Shown: piece by piece, positions 59,293-64,000 of the stretch | How the letters are laid out: the number at the start of each line of letters is the position of its first letter | Numbering within the stretch: the stretch's first letter is position 1 | The notes under the pieces: generated by a model | Seen by the model: the letters and a program-made list of their open reading frames with translations, nothing else | Databases searched by the model: none | What the model was told of the DNA's origin: nothing | NCBI GenBank assembly: GCA_050115495.1 | Contig: JASFQK010000005.1 | Location: forward strand, 1-64,000 | Length of the DNA stretch: 64,000 nucleotides | DNA from: Phycisphaerae bacterium | GTDB lineage: Bacteria; Planctomycetota; Phycisphaerae; UBA1845; Fen-1342 | Direction: 5' to 3' | Program-made: the position numbers and the translations under genes

Positions 59293-60283
59293 ACAGACTT
59301 CCACCACTACAACCGCTAGCGACGGACGCCGGCAGACGGCGCACGCCCGTCGCCTGGCGAGTATGACCCATGCTCTAGGAGCGGAGATCACAGAGGCCCT
59401 GCGCGACCCGGACGTCACGGACATCCATCTGAACGCGGACGGAGTCCTGCGCAGTGTGGGGCATGGCGCCGGCTGCAAAATCCTCGGTCAGCTTTCATCG
59501 GAACGCGCTGAATCAGTCATTCGTCTGCTGGCTTCGCATATGGGTGCTGAAGTCACTCCGGAATGTCCGACCGTATCCGGCGTGCTACCCGGAACGATCG
59601 CTCGGTTTCAAGGGGTGGTTCCTCCGGTATCGGAGCGACCCATCTTTGCCATCCGAAAGCACGCCCAGGTCATCTACACACTGGACGACCTAGTTCGTGA
59701 CGGAGTTCTCTCGAATGTCGGCGCTAGCGCAATTCGTTCCGCCGTTGTGCAACGCGAGAATCTACTCATCGTTGGGGGTACCGGATCGGGCAAGACGACA
59801 GTAGCAAACTCCATTTTGGCCGAGCCCGCCTTCTGTCAGGACCGCGTCGTGCTAATCGAGGACACGCGTGAACTGCAATGCGCCGCCGCCGATTGTGTCG
59901 AGTTGGTTGCGGCGCCGACACTCGAAACCGTCACGATGGACGAACTCGTCCGCACCACGCTACGTCTTTTCCCAGGCCGCATCGTCATTGGCGAGGTGCG
60001 CGGCCCCGAAGCGCTATCCATGATCAAGGCCTGGGGCACCGGTCATCCCGGCGGCCTATGCACGTTGCACGCCAACGGACCGCGTGACGCACTCTACCGG
60101 CTTGAAGACCTAATCGGTGAAGTAGCAGTGAGCATTCCGCGCCGCACGATCGCCAACGCCGTGGGACTCATCGTCTTCATCGAGCGTGGGCAGTTCAACG
60201 CTGCCGGACGCCGGGTTACCGGCATGACTCGGCCATCTCTCGACGAGGAGGGGAACTACGACTTCGAGGATATCGATCTGTGA
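59282..60283 (+). CDS. trbB: P-type conjugative ATPase TrbB (VirB11)
   Basis: GGTGSGKTT, IEDTRELQC, RIVIGEVRGPEA, WGTGHPGG..TLHAN. Confidence 0.93.
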   Translation: MQPEQTSTTTTASDGRRQTAHARRLASMTHALGAEITEALRDPDVTDIHLNADGVLRSVGHGAGCKILGQLSSERAESVIRLLASHMGAEVTPECPTVSGVLPGTIARFQGVVPPVSERPIFAIRKHAQVIYTLDDLVRDGVLSNVGASAIRSAVVQRENLLIVGGTGSGKTTVANSILAEPAFCQDRVVLIEDTRELQCAAADCVELVAAPTLETVTMDELVRTTLRLFPGRIVIGEVRGPEALSMIKAWGTGHPGGLCTLHANGPRDALYRLEDLIGEVAVSIPRRTIANAVGLIVFIERGQFNAAGRRVTGMTRPSLDEEGNYDFEDIDL

Positions 60284-60330
60284 ACCAGCACACATCCAGA
60301 CAAGGTCCATCGCTCATCGGAGGAAGTCAG

Positions 60331-60660
60331 ATGCCTGAATCGAGGGTCTGTTATCGTCGTCCGTTGGTGGCCGCTGCGGTAGTTCTCGCCACGATCTCGC
60401 TTGCCACGCCGGCGCACGCTACCACAAGCGGCGATCTACCGTGGGAGGAACCACTCCAACGTCTTGCCGACAGCTTCGCCGGCCCGGTCACCCAGGCCGT
60501 CCTTATTCTGGCAATCGTCGCGTTGGGCTTTGCCCTGGCTTTCTCCGAGGGTCCCATCCTCCGTCGAGTGCTGGGCGTGATACTCGGCTGCGCCATCGCT
60601 GCCACGGCAACCAGTTTTGCACTCTCGTTCTTTGGTTTCAGCAGTGGAGCTACGTTTTAG
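60331..60660 (+). CDS. trbC: TrbC/VirB2 pilin
   Basis: Signal peptide ending AHA; LPWEEPL...GPV; two hydrophobic helices; GGAGG RBS. Confidence 0.9.
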   Translation: MPESRVCYRRPLVAAAVVLATISLATPAHATTSGDLPWEEPLQRLADSFAGPVTQAVLILAIVALGFALAFSEGPILRRVLGVILGCAIAATATSFALSFFGFSSGATF

Positions 60661-60662
60661 CC

Positions 60663-60932
60663 ATGGCCAACCCAAAACACATCGACGGCTACGAGGCGCC
60701 CCTGTACGTCGCACTCACGCAGCCACCGCTCTTCGGCGGCGTACCGCGCGAATTCGGCATTCTGACGCTGGTGCTCACGCTAGTCGTAGCGGTCGGGTTG
60801 CGAATGTGGTGGCTCGGCTTGCCGGCTGGGCTCGCTTTGCACGGCGTGTCCGTCGCAATGACCCGCCGCGACCCGTATTGGCTGCTCGTCTTTCGTGCCC
60901 ACTTGAAACAACCCACGTTCCTGGATTGGTGA
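60663..60932 (+). CDS. trbD: TrbD/VirB3
   Basis: GYEAPLYVALTQP.LFGGVPRE...RRDP. Confidence 0.88.
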   Translation: MANPKHIDGYEAPLYVALTQPPLFGGVPREFGILTLVLTLVVAVGLRMWWLGLPAGLALHGVSVAMTRRDPYWLLVFRAHLKQPTFLDW

Positions 60933-60936
60933 CGCC

Positions 60937-63390
60937 ATGTGGAATCTTCGCGAATACCGCCATCGCGCCCAGCGTCTTTCCGATCACCTGCCGTGGGCAG
61001 CGTTGATCGACCGCGGCGTGATCCTCAACAAAGATGGCAGCTTCCAGACAACGATCCGCTTCCGAGGTCCGGATGTGGACAGCGCCACGCCTGATGAGTT
61101 AATGGCGCTCCGCGCGCGGATGAATAACGTCCTGCGCCGCCTGCCGTCGAACTTCTGCGTACAGGTTGACGCGACGCGACGTCCCGCACCGTTGTTGTCG
61201 CCAGGCGAGTTTCCCAACGCCATCGCGCAGCGCATTGAGACCGAGCGTCAGCAAACGCTTTGTTTGTCCCCGGCGTTCGAGTCCGTTCAGCACTTCACAC
61301 TGACGTATCTGCCATTGGCCGATCATGTCCGGCGTGCCGCGGACTTCCTCATGAGCGAACCCGAGCGAACGCACGACCGCGGCGCGTCCTTCTACCGCGA
61401 CCAATTGCAGGCGTTTGAGCGTCGCGTCGCCCAGGTGATCAACGTTCTGACAACGTTCATGCCTGAAGTTCGCCGCCTCGATGACGACGAGACGCTCAGC
61501 TACCTACACGACTGCGTTTCCGAACGTCAGCTTTCCGTCAAGACGCCGCATGTTCCATGTTACCTGGACGAGTTCCTGACCGATACGCCGCTGATCGGCG
61601 GCCTTAGTCCGCGTCTGGGTCGCAACTACCTCAAAGTCGTGTCCGTGCGAGCATACATCAACAAGACCACACCCTGTCTGCTCGACGCGCTCAACGAATT
61701 GCCGGTGGCGTGTCGTTGGTGTGCCCGCTACCTACCGATGGACAAGGACGTTGCCGACGCCGAACTCAAACGACTTCGCCGCCACTGGTATGCCCGGCGC
61801 AAGGGCGTTGTCACGCTCATCAAGGAGTTTATCACTAAGGAAGAGAGCGCGCTGACCGACACGGATAGTCTCAACAAGGTCCAGGACGTGTCCGATGCGC
61901 TCGACGCACTTGGCGCTGACTGCTGCTCGTTCGGCCATTTCACGTTGACAATTACGACCTGGGATCCGGACGAGCACTCCGCTGAGGAGAAGGCACAAGT
62001 AATCCAGCGTGTCTGCGATAGCGCGGGACTAGTTTCGCGGATTGAAGACTTCAATGCAGTTCAAGCTTGGCTCGGCAGCCTGCCGGGACACGCCTACGCC
62101 GACGTGCGCCGCCCCATTCTGTCATCGCTGAATCTCTGCGACCTGATTCCGACTTCGAGCGTATGGTCCGGTGAAGTGCGGAACGCGCATCTCGACGGTC
62201 CGCCGCTGGCTGTCGTACATACCACTGGCTCGACACCTTTCCGACTCAATCTGCATCACGGCGATGTCGGCCACACGCTCGTTGCGGGGCCAACCGGCAG
62301 CGGCAAATCCACGCTGCTCAACTTCATCGCCCAGCAGTCGCTACGCTACCCGGGCGCCCAGGTCTACCTTTTCGACAAGGGACGCAGTTGCCTACCCATG
62401 ACGCTGGCGATGCGCGGCGATTTCTACGACCTCACCGCTGACGCCGCGACAGTCAGTTTCCAGCCGCTGGCCGCACTTGATCGCGAGGGCGAGCTCACGT
62501 GGGCTCACGGTTGGCTCATCGACATACTGCTGCGCGAGGGCGTGGAGGTCAGTCCCACACTCAAGGGTGAACTCTGGTCAACCCTTACCAACCTCGCAAG
62601 CATGCCGGTCGCCCACCGCACACTCACAACGCTGCTGGAACTGCTGCAAAGCACCACGATGCGTCAGGCCCTGCACAGCTATACGTTGGACGGACCACAC
62701 GGTCACCTGCTCGACGCGGACCACGACGCACTTTGCGACGGCAGTTGGCAAGCCTTCGAGATGGAAGCGCTAATGCACAGCCCGGCGCTTGTGCCGGTAT
62801 TGCTCTACCTGTTCCATCGTCTGGAACAGCGTTTCGCCGCACCGTTCACCGATCCGGAGGGCAAGACACAGAAGCCGCGTCCAACGTTCATGTTCCTGGA
62901 TGAGGCCTGGTTGTTCCTGGCCAATTCGACCTTTGCGACCAAAATCCGGGAATGGCTCAAGACGCTGCGCAAGAAGAATGTGGCGGTTCTCTTCGCGACA
63001 CAAAGCCTGGCAGACATCGCTGAGTCGTCGATTGCGACCGCCATTATCGAGAGTTGTCCGACGCGAATCTTCCTGCCCAACCCTTCGGCGTTTGAGCAGA
63101 ACACGCGCACCCTCTACGAGTCATTCGGTCTCAACGAGCGGCAAATCGCCATCCTGCAGAGTGCCGTCCAGAAGCAGGACTACTACTACCAGAGTCCGTC
63201 CGGCAATCGGCTCTTCCAGCTTGGTCTAGGCCCGGTCGCCCTCGCCCTCTGCGGCGGCGGCTCGCCCAAGGTGCAGGCCGCCATTCCCAGCCTGATCGAA
63301 CGATACGGAACTGATGGTATGGCCGAAGCCTATCTGCAAGAGCTTGGCGGCCTCACCGCCATCAACCGAGGAGACACGCAAGATGAATAA
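60937..63390 (+). CDS. trbE: TrbE/VirB4 ATPase
   Basis: LPWAAL, NKDGSFQ, GPTGSGKS, FDKGRS, LDEAW, REWLKTLRKKN, ATQS. Confidence 0.95.
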   Translation: MWNLREYRHRAQRLSDHLPWAALIDRGVILNKDGSFQTTIRFRGPDVDSATPDELMALRARMNNVLRRLPSNFCVQVDATRRPAPLLSPGEFPNAIAQRIETERQQTLCLSPAFESVQHFTLTYLPLADHVRRAADFLMSEPERTHDRGASFYRDQLQAFERRVAQVINVLTTFMPEVRRLDDDETLSYLHDCVSERQLSVKTPHVPCYLDEFLTDTPLIGGLSPRLGRNYLKVVSVRAYINKTTPCLLDALNELPVACRWCARYLPMDKDVADAELKRLRRHWYARRKGVVTLIKEFITKEESALTDTDSLNKVQDVSDALDALGADCCSFGHFTLTITTWDPDEHSAEEKAQVIQRVCDSAGLVSRIEDFNAVQAWLGSLPGHAYADVRRPILSSLNLCDLIPTSSVWSGEVRNAHLDGPPLAVVHTTGSTPFRLNLHHGDVGHTLVAGPTGSGKSTLLNFIAQQSLRYPGAQVYLFDKGRSCLPMTLAMRGDFYDLTADAATVSFQPLAALDREGELTWAHGWLIDILLREGVEVSPTLKGELWSTLTNLASMPVAHRTLTTLLELLQSTTMRQALHSYTLDGPHGHLLDADHDALCDGSWQAFEMEALMHSPALVPVLLYLFHRLEQRFAAPFTDPEGKTQKPRPTFMFLDEAWLFLANSTFATKIREWLKTLRKKNVAVLFATQSLADIAESSIATAIIESCPTRIFLPNPSAFEQNTRTLYESFGLNERQIAILQSAVQKQDYYYQSPSGNRLFQLGLGPVALALCGGGSPKVQAAIPSLIERYGTDGMAEAYLQELGGLTAINRGDTQDE

Positions 63391-64000
63391 ACGAACCTCG
63401 ACGAATACAGCTCGTCGCGCGAGGCTCACCATCGCCCTCGTCAGCTTGGTGCTACTAATGCCGACTGGCAGCGCATTGGCGTTCTTCGGCGGCTTCGGCG
63501 GGATCGTCTTCGATCCTTCGAACTTCGTAGAAAACGTTCGCCAGGCGCTCGCGCTGCTGGAGACTATCGATCGCGCCAGCACGCAGATTCGCCAGCAACA
63601 ACGCATGCTCGCCGACTTGCCGGTCACCGTGGCGAACGCGCTCTCCGACGCGGGCGATGCGCTCCACGACACGCTTGCCGCCGGAGAATCCAGCCCCGAT
63701 ATCGGCGTGCAACTAGACGCTCGGTATCCGATTGACACGCCTGGTGACACACCGGCGTGGCTGGACGGGGTGCAGCCTCTCTGGACCGAGGCACAACGCG
63801 ACGCACTACTGCACGAACGTGAGGTCTACAGCATGGTGTACGACCAAGCTACGCCCTCAGCGGAACGGCTAGCGCAACTGATCGAAGCGTCCAACGGCGT
63901 TCACGCCGCCAGCAACGAGTTGCCCGGAGTCATGGCCGTTGCACAAGCGCACCACGAATTGCTGGCCGCGTGCTCAGGTGAAGTGGACAAGCTCATCGCA
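63383..64000 (+). CDS. trbJ: TrbJ-like protein (3'-truncated by the window)
   Basis: GAGGAG RBS; signal peptide; 'IVFDPSNFVENV...QIRQQQRML'; follows trbE. Confidence 0.75.
   Translation, partial: MNKRTSTNTARRARLTIALVSLVLLMPTGSALAFFGGFGGIVFDPSNFVENVRQALALLETIDRASTQIRQQQRMLADLPVTVANALSDAGDALHDTLAAGESSPDIGVQLDARYPIDTPGDTPAWLDGVQPLWTEAQRDALLHEREVYSMVYDQATPSAERLAQLIEASNGVHAASNELPGVMAVAQAHHELLAACSGEVDKLIA

Larger units (their letters stand above)
23067..64000. mobile_element. Tn4371-like conjugative element with defence cargo; left boundary tentative, right boundary outside the window
   Basis: Order rep/parA...traF-relaxase-traG-copG-trbBCDEJ; AbiE and CBASS cargo; tRNA-like relic at 23041-23066. 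No integrase in the window. Confidence 0.6.

Overview
GC-rich accessory DNA, probably from a Planctomycetota (Phycisphaerae-like) genome, inferred from two giant secreted proteins ending in dockerin-like 'DxDxDVDLxDFAxFQxxF' tails. From left to right it contains: a partial RHS/YD giant protein; a radical SAM/SPASM enzyme with a small Cys-containing precursor peptide; immune-like genes (nucleotidyl-cyclase-like, SIR2-TPR, TPR-CHAT, GT4-PNP fusion); a coupled nucleotidyltransferase/APH kinase/phosphatase-kinase operon; and a degenerate tRNA 3'-end relic at about 23.05 kb. Next come AbiE toxin-antitoxin genes and a cluster of DUF6119, MfnB-like and nuclease genes. Two complete CBASS systems (type II-short with HNH-SAVED; type III with HORMA/TRIP13/NucC) flank a sigma-like/small protein/ImmA peptidase module. 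The right part is a Tn4371-like conjugative backbone (putative rep, parA, DUF932, traF, relaxase, traG, trbBCDEJ) that runs off the window. Most notable: a bipartite motif GTCAC-N18-CATAAC found four times in intergenic DNA, the CBASS-linked sigma/peptidase module, and a kinase/membrane Cas4-like/HTH-pseudokinase trio. All calls come from motif reading only; no searches were run.
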